From Takakia lepidozioides (lineage: Eukaryota; Plantae; Bryophyta), in the NCBI GenBank assembly GCA_030704615.1, contig CM060734.1, positions 8,928,001 to 8,992,000 on the forward strand: 64,000 nt of DNA, given 5' to 3'. The translations under genes and the position numbers were made by a program. Under the pieces are notes generated by a model, which was not told where the DNA came from, made no database searches, and saw only the letters and a program-made list of their open reading frames with translations. Shown here piece by piece: positions 53,261 through 64,000 of this stretch (its first letter is position 1; every line of letters starts with the position of its first letter).

Positions 53261-53497
53261 TCAACCTTCTGTTAACAGGAGCTTCATTTCGTAGAACTGA
53301 AATGAACCTCGTGTCGACACAAGGGGGATTTGGAGAACTTCAACAAAACCTCGTGTTAACACAAGGTTGTTTTCCTGGAACAAAAATGAACTTCGTGTTG
53401 ACACGATGTTGTTTTTTGAGAACTAAAATCATCCTTGTGTCAACACAAGGAGGATTTGGAGAACTTCAAGTAAACCTCGTGTTGAGACGAGGTTGAT
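53261..53497. repeat. Six palindromes at an exact 42-bp period
   Basis: Centres GTTAAC 53271, GTCGAC 53313, GTTAAC 53355, GTTGAC 53397, GTCAAC 53439 and GTTGAG 53481. Confidence 0.92.
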
Positions 53498-53676
53498 TTG
53501 ATCATCTGTCTATCTGAAGGTAGTTTCTTCTGTTTGCTAATGAAAAGAGAATGACAAACCAATGCGACAAATGCATTGACCCACGCATAGCAAATATGTT
53601 AGACGTCATACATTGAGAGCCACTGGACTTGAACAGTCATTCCATTACAAGTTGTAGTCAAGGAAAACACCGATTT

Positions 53677-56600
53677 TTATGGGCTTGTATCCCGCTGTAG
53701 AAGTGTGTTGACTTCGTTGAAACTCATAGTGGCTTGGTGAATGAAGAAGTCGCGCTTTGGATCACAAACCATCCTTCTCAAGAAGACGAAGTAAAGGTGT
53801 TTGCACGGTATGAACTTCCCTCTCTTTCCCAAACTACTTGAAAGCATACCAACAAAATCTGGACATGTACAATTGGGAAAATTGGAAACAGTGATTTCGT
53901 ACGTCCTGTCCTGCAGCGCAGATGCGGATGAGATCATGGTGAAGACCCGACCATACCCTGGATCAGGCACTTCCATTGTTCCCGCAACACGAGCGTGAAG
54001 CATTCTGGCGGACTCAATTTTGCCGTAGTGTTCTGCGGTTGGAGGGAATCGTCGAACAAGCTTCCCGTTCCGTCTGGTTGGCCACAAGTGAGCGTCAGGC
54101 GGAGGTACCCGTGAACCGCTTCCACTTGAAGCACCTTCACGTGCAATGGAATGTCTGGCTAGGGAGAAACCCGCCTCTTCCAGCATTGCAATCTCTCGAT
54201 GAGTGAGACCTGTGCCCATCTTCACAGGCCACACGGTTGGTGGAGTAGGCTTCCTTACCACGGAAGGCCTCACTGTCCCATGCACACATCTCCCACAATC
54301 GTCAGCGCAGAACCAAAACTTGTGGTTCTTTGCCTCGCCTTGTCCGTAAGGGAGAAACAAACCCGTGAATGTAGGAGCTGCAGTGCGTTCTTTCCCTCTG
54401 GATATTAATGATGTACATTTTTCATGATTGGTGGCCCTGATCGCCGCGCATTTCACACGCGATCCAGCACTTGTGCGTTCTATATGCCAAACATCGTCCA
54501 AGCCCTCAGACTCGATTATATGCGACACCACGTTCTGGTCTTCAACCATTGCAGTGACAGTGCTTGATGCAGGGGTCCGGTCTGGGGCAGAGTAGCCCTC
54601 ACCTGTGGATGTTCCGCAATTCCATCTCTGATCCAAGGGAACACGTGGCGTCGAGAAGTTGACCCTGTCCGCCCTATGGGAATCTGCATCCGATCCCGGA
54701 GGGGTGTCCAATTTCCGTTTGCAAGACCCGAATCTCTCTTCGCCTTCCAGATGGGGAACTCTTCCCACGAGAGGGGTGCCATCTGCACATATGCTCACTG
54801 CCCGCGCTATTTTGCTAGGATCCCCTGATCTTCCAGCTGCCCGCAACATCAACTCGCTCCTGTCCGGACCTTTGCCACCAAGGCCACCCCTCAAGAATGA
54901 CCTGTATCTGGTTTGCTGCTGTAGAGCACGAATAAGGTCATCGGCCGTCGCTGCATACAAATCTCTCCCTTTTTTGCCGGATTGCTGCAACCAGGCATTG
55001 TGCACTGTCTCCGCAAGATTGCAAGAAGGCATGTCCGCCATCTCCTCAATGGACATATGCTGCAAGGCAAAAAAACACAAAGCCCATATTAGAGTTGGAC
55101 CCTGAAAGATATATTGGAAGCACCCAAACAAACTTTTGAATGCAAACCACTCACCGTTGTCATGGCCGCTCCCCACTGTCGGTAACGGAAGTGCCAAAAT
55201 GCGAACCAGTCTTGCAGTGCCCTCATGCTGTCCTCCGATGCCGCTCCAGATGAGTACCACCAGGCACGAATTGTCTGGAACAATGTATTCGCTTCCCCCA
55301 TAGTTTTGGCGTCTTTGTACTGTTTGCACAGTTGACGATGCATACTCTGCATATCTGGCTTGATGTACGTCTTTGTGTGTTTGTCGAGGGATTGTGTCCA
55401 ATGGAAAAGACACGTACGTTCTCTTCCAGGCATTGGCACTTTTGGATCTCCCGACCCGAACACAATGCGGACAGCGTTGAAGTTAGCTTGAGCACTATCG
55501 GCCATGAAACCAACGAAATTGGGAGATGGGAGACCATTGGAGGCCATAACACGAATGAGAGCTTCCCACATGAGCTGCTGTGAATCTGTGTCCTCTGACT
55601 GCATGTCACACACTGCAATTGTCATGACCCGCTGGTACACAGGGTCGTAAACATGACATGCCATTGTGGTCCAGTCTTTAACTCTCTTGACATGATCGAA
55701 CATAAGGAAGCAGTTGCCAAGATCGCCACCCTTCTGCATACGTTTAACCAGGCTGACCCCGCTGCCCTCACCTTTTGTGGACATTTTGAACAAGAACACT
55801 TTCCTGGCTCCTTGTCCCGGGAAAACGCTGTCTTGGATGTAGTCGTACATGCTCCTTTTCTTCAAATCCATAATATTGTCCATATAACCTCGGCTCCCAG
55901 AGCCCATTCTTAAAGCGTTCACCTGATTCCTAATGTTTGGAGAAGTCAAAGCAGAGAAATGGTCCATAACAGTGTCCAAAGCTGGTCCTTCCAGCATTCC
56001 TCCAACCGAATTTGATGCACACAGAATACGGCTTTCCAGAAAGGACTTGCTCGCCCCCATGGCAATTGCAGATGTGGTGCCAGTTGGATTGGTATCCAAC
56101 TCTTGCCTTATCAGACGAGAGACTGTGTCAACGCTCTCCCTATAATCCCCCTTGGACACAGGGTGGTTGTGAAAACCGAAATGGACACAGGCTCTAGTCA
56201 GGTTTTTGAATCGATGCACCACATAATACATTCTGGCGCCACACAAAGCAAGGCAGCAAGGTGGTACCCTACAGAACTTGCACACAAAAGTGTTACTGTA
56301 TGGTGGTGTTACCCCAGGCTTGAATGGATTCTCACTGACTCCATCCCATTCGCTTTGGTTTTGCACACCTGACAATGCGAAGTGTCTGCATTTCATGTTC
56401 TCGCATTTCAGGTGCCCATTACAGACTGTTCGCCTGAATATGAGGTTGTCGTTGTTGTGAATATTGGATGTTTTTGTGCGGCACCAAGGGTGCCCATCGT
56501 GCTTTTTGTCCATTCCTTCCAGGAGACTGGAAATCCCCCCCACGCGACCAGGAGGAGGCAGCTCAAAAACAGTATTACCATCAAACGATTCCGGCAAGAA

Positions 56601-57182
56601 TGCCACCCTTTCAATATTGAAAGTGCTCCAGTCTATCCCCCTCAACTCACTCTTGAATCCTGCCATCCCACCCATCGCTTTCAATTTAGGAATGACACTG
56701 GAGATCTCCTCCACATCTGGTTCTACATGTGGACATGGCTGATCCACAGGCGGAATTGCACATGTGTCATCGGAGGATGAGTCCGAAAGGTCAACTACAG
56801 TGTTAACGGCAGTCGCCTCCTTCTTCACAACCACTGGTGTCTTCTCCTGGGCCACTGATGCTGCCGTGCCAGGAGTTACGAACGATCCTGCAGACTGTCT
56901 CAGAGGAGCACTGAGCACCCTGTATCTGCCTGGAGGCACTCTCCATTGCGTGGTTGGTGCAGTTTGCGATGGTTTCTGGAATGCGTACTTGAGCAGTTTT
57001 CCATTGGCATCGTACACTTCCCTCTGAAGGAATAGACTACCATTTTCCAACCGAAACTGCGTTGCGAGGACGAGTTCATGAACCACCGCAAAACCATCAT
57101 CTTCCACCTCGTAAGAAAATGGAACAGGGTGGTCGTCACTGAAGAAGTCCGCGTCAAGGGAGCCCACAGCCTGGGAAGCCAT
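53677..57182 (-). CDS. Intact two-exon Mutator-like transposase of ~1136 aa (GCM-like Zn/DNA-binding domain, MULE DDE, SWIM)
   Basis: Exons 57182-55155 and 55059-53677 (GTGAGT...TTGCAG, phase 0). Motifs: D (FLMFDHVK), D (FMADSAQA), CxxH (CLFHW), E (CNLAETVHN), SWIM (CTCPDF...CKH). N-terminal DGHPW...CNGHLKC..C...HFGFHNHP. Confidence 0.93.
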
Positions 57183-57843
57183 ATGTCGATGTTGCTACAG
57201 AAAGTACAGTTCAAAGTCCGATGGTGCTTCTGAATGCAGGTTGTGTGAGAGTGGAGTTTTGGCGTCCTCATACACAATTGTTCTCTCAGAATTGCCCCAC
57301 CAGTGCAATAGCTGACAGATTCACTGACAGAGCCGCCAATGTCGTTGTCATGTCAGGGAGGCCAGAAGAGATGCCCATTTCCATTAAATTTTGACGGCGA
57401 CTGCACCGCTGCACAACTGAATATAATTCTCATTCCTCTGGAACATTCCACCCTAAATTACCCAACAATGAATTTTTTCAGATGAGAGTCGATTACACCC
57501 TAACGATTTTTGGATGGATGATGTTTGAATGATATCTGCCGTTATACATAGGGTTAGACCCCAACGAATTTTGTAAGGATGATGATTCATTGATCTCCGC
57601 CGTTAAACATAGGGGTAGAGATACCCCGATTACATTTTTGGAAGGATGATGTTTCAATAATTCCGGCCGTTTTACATAACGACTACATAGACACGTGTTC
57701 GCCATGCATGTGGATTGAGTCGGTGGCGCACTGAACGGTCCGAGCGAACATCTTGGCGTTGAAGGCCCCGCGATGAACCTCAGATAGTGTTCGTTTTTCC
57801 TGAGTAACTCATTTTCTTTGCAACCCTGGATTCCGCAGAGACG
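57183..57843. promoter_or_regulatory. Putative bidirectional promoter between the transposase and cargo genes
   Basis: A ~660-bp head-to-head gap; the equivalent gap in copy 1 is ~740 bp (42946-43685). Positional inference only. Confidence 0.5.
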
Positions 57844-60800
57844 GTGTCCCTACTTCGAGGGAGAAGCAGGCGTCGAAGAACACTGTATTTCACGTCAAAC
57901 AAGGAAAGGGCACGCGCTAAGGAGAGGATGAGAAAGGCGAGACGGGAGCTTAGAATGGGAGAAGAAACCCCGCGAGATGAGGAAGAGGAAGGGCAAAAGA
58001 GGATACGGCAACCGCAGTGTGGAGAGGAAGGTCTTGAAGTGATCCAGGAGGCGACAGACGAGCAACCTGCAATCGAAGGAGGGGATGAGGAGGAAGTAAG
58101 TTGGGCTCGGGAGGAAGCAGTGAGTGTACAGAACCTGGCCTTCAAAGACCAGGGAGAACAAACGGACGTAGGAACGCGGCCGTCTGCCCCTGTTTCGCAC
58201 CATCGCGACCTCCTTGGAAGCATGCTACCTGAAGACCGCATGGAAAAATTGAACGCGACAGGAGCATCATCAAGTGCAAAGCAGAAACCCCAGGTAGCTA
58301 CGAACTTTCTTTTTCTCTCTCTGTTTCTGTCTTTTTCTCTCTCTGTTTCATGCTAAGCATTGAGGACGACATCAACCTTGCGTCAACGCAAGGTTGAAGT
58401 CGACCTCCAAAGTGTATTTGCTGGGCTCAAATCAGTGCAGATACTGCACCACAATCTGTACTGTTTCATGCTAAGCATTGAGGTGGACATCAACCTTGCG
58501 TCAACGCAAGGTTGAAGTCGACCTCAATGCTTTTTTGCTGGGCTTTAAACAGTGTAGAAACTGCACTACAATCAAGGTAGAGAGACATGGATGCTTCCGA
58601 CGCATCATGGATTTCAAAGACGAAGCAGAGACAGGAGTCTCCATTTACTGTACATTTTTGCTTTGCTGAACCCCGATAAGACAGCTCGCAATCAACCTTG
58701 CGTCAACGCAAGGTTGATCCCAACCTGCATATTGTATGTTTAGAGCTTGTAGTGAAACCAACAGAGGCTGCACAGGAATCAACCTTGCGTTGACGCAAGG
58801 CTGGTTTTCATGATAGCTTTGCACAATGGATGCGTCCGATATCCCACTCTCCTCACTGTAAGGTAGGGAAAGTTCATTCTTCGAGGCTCCCAAAAGAACC
58901 CTGCGTCAACGCAAAACATAATTTGGGTCCAAACGTCTTTCCTGTATGCCTTTCAGTCTAAGTTACTTCCCCATCAATCAACCTTGCGTCAAAGCAAGGT
59001 TGATGCATGGGAGCTCAATCTCACACTCACAGATTATTAATTCTGTGCAGAGGAAAAGAAAAAGGAAAGCCGAGGGGGAAGATTTGGCCGCTTCAGAAGG
59101 TGAAGGTGATGAAGAGTCACTGGAGGGACACTATGAAGACAAGGCCGAGGAGATAATGGGTGGGCAAAAAGTGAACTCGTCGAAGGTGATTCTGTCGATG
59201 GAGGTTCCCGGCGGAAACCTGGTCATTCCGCTTTGCAGGATGATCTCCATGCCCGCTGTTCGACCGGCATTGAGGAATGATATAACAAAGTTGAAGAACG
59301 ACTTTGTTCACGGCTATGTGAAGGGATCAGCAGTGTTCTACGTATCCACTATGAACACAAAAGGAGAGGAGTGTCTTGTAACAGAGGACATTGAGCAAAG
59401 TTGGGATGAATGCTGGCGGGATGTGAACAGGGAGTTCGAGTTCAAGCTGTCGAAGAAGACCTCCACAAAAGCATTCATGGGGAAGATGTTTTTTGTCTGG
59501 GATGGGAACCACAGACTGCTTGCCTGGATGGATTACATTTCAAGCATGCACTCTGACGACATCGAATGGCACTGGAGCGTGGTTTCCATGGTTCTGGATC
59601 ACAAAGGGCATGTCACGCAGCTCTTGACAGCCATGCACGACATAAATAAGTAAGTCTCCATCTTTGTGTCTGTTCCTCGTTTCGACAATTAGAAATCATC
59701 TTATGAGTTGACGGTTTTTCCAGGTCCAACGAAACATCTCATGTGACCACCAATCTGTGCCACACTCTATTCCGCATCCAGAAGGTAGGGCTGATGCCAC
59801 TGGAGTCATTCACAAACGTGCTTAGTCCACAGCAGATGAAGAGGTGTGCTGAGAAGAAGACAAGCACATGGTATAGCTTGACAAGAGAGGCTTTCCTTGA
59901 CTACATGTACACTGTAAGCTTCTTGACACTGCTTGCTTTTTGACACTGCAAGCTTCTTGACACTACCTGTTGTTACTATTTTCTCACAAGTACTGACAGT
60001 GTTTCATTCTTTTTACCTGCAATGTATGCAGCAAGAAATAGCAGAAACTGGCTTGAAGGCGAAAGCTGAGTACTATGATTCCCACACTGAAGAGCAGCGG
60101 TCTGCATCTGGGCTTGAGGACACGATGAAGTTCGAGATGAATAATCAAAGGAAGAATCTCATGAGTGCATTCGACAAACAAATCAGGATAGCAGATCCAG
60201 GGCTTGGCACAGAATTTCTGGAGCAGGTGAAAGTGCACTATGACAAGTTTGGCTCCAAGCCAGAAATGACTCAGGAGAAACTACATCGCCTTTCCATTTC
60301 AATGGTGGACAATGCAACGAAAATCAGGTGGTTGGAGATATGGAACTCGGATCCTCTTGTGAGAGACACGAATATGTTTCCAACTCCAGAGAGAGACCCG
60401 AAGACACAAGCAATAAAAGTTGTAAGCGACCAGACATTCGACCAGTGGCTACACAAAGCCACATTTTGGAGCCAGGTAAGGATACCACCAAACCATTTTC
60501 AGACATGTGTGTTGCTCCGTAATTCCGCTCCCAACCTCTCCAAATGTCTTACAAGCTTTCTTGATGCAGTTAGAAAAACGTGCAGTGGCTGCACTTGCTG
60601 AGTCGATGGCAGACTACAAAATCCAGATGGCTTGCCCCCGGATCACACTGGAGGCCTATATCAGGAGGTGGAAGCTCGCTGTCTGGAACAATTGCTTCTT
60701 CAGGGAGTTTGAAAAAGACAAAGGAATCTCCAGATCGTACGAGTTCAAAAACCAGCTGAACAGCGAGCAAGCAATGAAACGAGTGTTGTACAGGTGTGAT

Positions 60801-63767
60801 CTCCTTACTCAATTGTGGTACTTGAAGGGCATGCATCTGCAATCTTCTGTCATACTTTCAGATTTGCGAATTTGCGTGGCTTTGAGGGATCTCTGGGGGC
60901 TCTGAATGTGCTGTCCAGCAACATTGCGTTGACCATGGTCCTGGTTTCACTTACCTATATCTGGGTATCCCATACTAGCGTTTTATTGCATGTGAATGGG
61001 GGTGAATGGACAGGAAAATCAGCCTTGCGTCAACGCAATGTTGATGAGACGCAGACTATGTACCTTTTCCTCTGGTTTGGGGCAGTTCAAATCCAGATCC
61101 AATTCTTTCAACTTGAACATAACAATGTTTGGAGTCTATTTCAAATGCTATTTTCAGCTTTCACTATGCCAACAAACAGACTTGCGTTGACGCAAGGTTG
61201 TTTGGCGGTATGGATTGATGGAAATGTCCCTGTGCATCCCCCAACTTCCATGCAATTGTAGGAGACTTTCGATTATCAGATATATTATCAATGTTTGTTT
61301 CAACAGAGGAATTCAGCATTGCGCCAACGCAATGTTGAATATCCATAGCAGTACATAGTCAGATGGTGGTTTTCAGGCATTGTTCCCATTTCATCTATGT
61401 GTGAAAACAACATTGCGTTGACGCAATGTTGTATTGCACTTGTCAGTCGTTGTCTCTATCAATACAGCGTAACCACTAGGTGTTTCCCATTTCTGCTCGA
61501 ATCAACATTGCGTCAACGCAAGGTTGATTCTGGACAGCAAAAGTTGATTACCAGGTGTTCCCTTCCTTTATTTCAATATCTTCTTCTGAATGTCTGTTCT
61601 TTTCCATTTTCCGATTGACTGACTGTCTGGGTTTTTGGTGTTTGATTTAGGTATATGTATCATATCCTCATACCGGGAAAGTACCTTAGCGATGACCCAG
61701 ACTTCATCTATTCATGGGCTGACCCCTCCAATGAGAAGACAATGTACACGGCTGGTATTGCCAGAGACTGGAGCAGGGCGCACTTCAGAGACTGTGGGTG
61801 GTACCTCGACCTGCCAAAACAGGACACACCATTCGATGAAGTTGTTTTGAGAAACCTGAACGACAATGCCGCAGCGATTGCCCCATTGGCAGACAAAGAC
61901 ATTCAGGACAGAATCATTTCTACTCTGGCTGCAAAAGAGCCCGAGAGAACTGCCACTCCAAAACGAAAGGGGAAGACTGTCGGGGATCCTAAGGGGAAGG
62001 GGAAAAGTGCAGCTCCTAAGGACAGGGACCGTCAGAGGTTCCTGTCAGAGAGCCTTCTCCCGCAAGGAGGGATAGGAGAACATCAAAGTCGAGGGAGCAG
62101 CCTTACGAGGCGAGAGAACATCCCTCCAGGGTTTTGGGCCAGTTCAATCGTAGGGTGCTGAATGAAAGTTTTCTTGCAATGATGGAGTCCAGGAAGTCCA
62201 CATTCAAAGGGGTGCCCTCGAAATCATGGGACATGCTTGTTTCGTTCCTCACTCAGGTAAACACTTGTGTCTAAACTGTTGTATGAATAATTGTGTTTTG
62301 GCATCTTGTTGTGGCTTTTCCAGGGGATTGATCTCCTGCTCGATTTGGATTGGGCTTCTTACACTGTCTCCTGTTTTTCCCTGTAGGTGACAAAAAAACC
62401 GGAATGGGTGAATGGAGTTCAGCAGGCATACGCGACTGACCTTGTGGTGCTGGACATTCCTGACGGTTATCCTGTCCCTGATGTGTTCCCTTCCAATTCG
62501 ACCCCGACTTGGAACAAATCGGATTCTCGTTATTGGCAGTGGGCTTTCTCGTTCAGCAACAAATTCCTTTCGGACTCGGGGGCTCTTCTTCTCATGCAGT
62601 CAAAGGACATGTCGGCTCGAAGAACTCTTTTCAGCTACATGAAAGCCTCCGGGTTTCGTGTCATCAAAACTTGGACATGCATCAATACTCTGCCTCTTAC
62701 GAAGGGCGAGTTCCCGGGGCAGAAAGTGAGTTGGTTCCTTTCAATTCATGTTTCGTTGTTTTTTCGGTAAATAAAAATGCTGGGTTATGCCTTCTGTCTC
62801 ATGCTCTCTTCCTCATTGTTGACAGACACGGGTGTTCGAAGCTTTGTGCCTGGTGAGGCGGAAGGACACTCTTCCTCCTGGTGTTGCTGAGTTCCAGATG
62901 AGGGACCTTGCAGCTCATATTGACCCCACCTGCGAGCCTATGGAGGATGATGTTCTCTTCAATTACGTGGACTCGGGTCGAACTATGAAAAGGTCGATTG
63001 GTGTCCCTTGGAGAGGTGCACGGGAGAAATCTCCAGCTTTCATGCAGACTTTGGTGGAGACATGCAGCCGTCATGGTGGACGAGTGGTCGACTTGTCTAT
63101 GGGCACAGGTGGGGCACTTTACATTGTGATTGACATATGGGCAGTAACCTTAGGGAAACCCTGTTTTCATTTCTCGTTCTTCTTGGATTTGCAGGAGCAT
63201 GTTTTCATGCTTGCAAGAGCGCCGGAAGGCACTTCTTCGGCATGGAAGCTGATACGGAGCTCTTCTCGAGCGAGCTTCGTCAGCTTGAGTCGGACACTAC
63301 TTCTACCCCATCCAAAGAGGGACTTCTGGAGGAGCCCGAAGCGCCTGACGAGGATCTGGACGTTGACTCCGATTTTGAGTGTGAGTAAGTTCTTCTGTAG
63401 TCGTTCAAAATATGTGGCATTTCCTTGTGTCGTTCCCGTTCGAAAAAATTGCGTAACATTGTCTATATCTGGATGTTAACATCTGCCACCATTTCTCTTG
63501 TTCCTTTCCAGAGTTCTGCACCAGTCATTGAATCAGCAGACACCTTTCGGATTCCAAGGATACTACATGTCCCCGAGTCCCCCTAGATCCAACCGCTTGC
63601 CGGTTTACGCGGAAGCTTGCGCACGGGTGTTATCCGAACAAACACTGTATTCGCATCTCCATAAAGGTCGTGGAAAAAAAAAACGTCATGTATGTGCTGC
63701 TGTATTCATAGATGATATTGCTATTAACTCTGGCAGTGGTTCCTCTGAAACCTCCAATATTTCTTGA
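57844..63767 (+). CDS. ParB/Srx-like domain plus beta-class N4C/N6A DNA-methyltransferase-like protein, about 10 exons, with one frame discontinuity at ~62020-62160
   Basis: GT-AG exons: ..58293, 59051-59649, 59724-59913, 60032-60475, 60570-60793, 61651-62256, 62387-62725, 62826-63108, 63195-63384, 63512-63767. FFVWDGNHRLLAW is the ParB-like motif. MTase motifs in beta order: DLVVLDIPDG (IV), KFLSDSGALLL (V/VI), GFRVIKTW (VII), FEALCLVRR (VIII), REKSPAFMQTLVETCSRHGG (X), VVDLSMGTG (I), GRHFFGMEAD (II). Start codon uncertain. Confidence 0.85.
58372..59004. repeat. Intron-1 array of six palindromes TCAACCTTGCGTCAACGCAAGGTTGA
   Basis: Copies at 58372, 58490, 58692, 58779, ~58897 (partial) and 58978. 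58473-58532 forms a ~60-bp hairpin. Confidence 0.95.
60919..61530. repeat. Long-intron array of six palindromes CAAC(C/A)TTGCGT(C/T)(A/G)ACGCAA(G/T)GTTG
   Basis: Copies at ~60919 (partial), 61018, 61174, 61311, 61407 and 61499. Confidence 0.95.
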
Positions 63768-64000
63768 CGGTTCAAGTACTGAGGCTGAATAAATTGTGTT
63801 TTGGCTTTGCTTCCATCCCATACTGTTTTTCAAGTTCTCTGCGCGTTCCCGTAAGTACAGTTAGGGATTGCCTACGGTATTTCTTCGGAGTGCGGAATTG
63901 AAAAATGTTTGTGTGTTGGAGTGAATGTACTGCTTTGCCAAAAAAACATTTTTTCTTTTCAGATTCAGTTCTGTAGTGGGCGATCTCCTCATTCCAAAGT

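Larger units (their letters stand above)
53021..64000. mobile_element. MULE element copy 2 (near intact); right end probably lies beyond the window
   Basis: The left terminus AGCAACGACGCT...GCGTGAGC...CCTATAACCGTGG matches the reverse complement of the copy 1 right terminus (47590-47795). Contains divergent transposase and ParB-MTase genes. Confidence 0.85.

Noticed and set aside
53261-53497. CRISPR array (regularly spaced palindromic repeats); also considered for 18935-19560 and 58372-61530
   Set aside because: Repeats are degenerate, spacers are short, related to each other or irregular, there are no cas genes, and the context is eukaryotic.
55060-55413. N-terminal ~118 aa of ORF 53677-55413 as a separate protein start
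   Set aside because: It is an off-frame read of transposase exon 1 plus the intron; splicing joins the two ORFs in phase.
62387-63384. C5-cytosine methyltransferase (MET1/CMT/DRM/DNMT)
   Set aside because: No PC or ENV motifs; the motif order fits beta-class amino-methyltransferases.
57844-63767. Bacterial or phage contamination as the source of the ParB-MTase gene
   Set aside because: The gene has about nine GT-AG introns at positions shared by two copies and lies among plant genes and transposons.

Overview
Eukaryotic DNA with spliceosomal introns, most likely a non-seed land plant (inference from the PLS-PPR style and gene content). Bases 1-15.7 kb hold host genes: a multi-exon NOT2/NOT3/NOT5-family gene (-), a small plastid-type membrane protein gene (-) and a disrupted PLS-E-DYW PPR gene (+). 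The rest is a nested transposon field. The main result is a Mutator-like (MULE) DNA transposon family, present as one near-intact copy (~53.0-64 kb) and one diverged, decayed copy in opposite orientation (~36.2-47.8 kb). Each copy pairs a GCM-like/DDE/SWIM transposase gene head-to-head with a multi-exon gene encoding a ParB/Srx-like domain (DGNHR) and a beta-class N4C/N6A DNA-methyltransferase fold. The same two long introns of that cargo gene carry arrays of 22-26 bp palindromes, and the palindrome sequence differs between the copies. This suggests a self-targeting epigenetic module in which each subfamily has its own binding site (inference). Other elements carry their own palindrome arrays, some next to RING-H2 or kinase cargo. 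LINE, SINE, LTR and MITE relics are also present. All calls are by eye; no searches were run.
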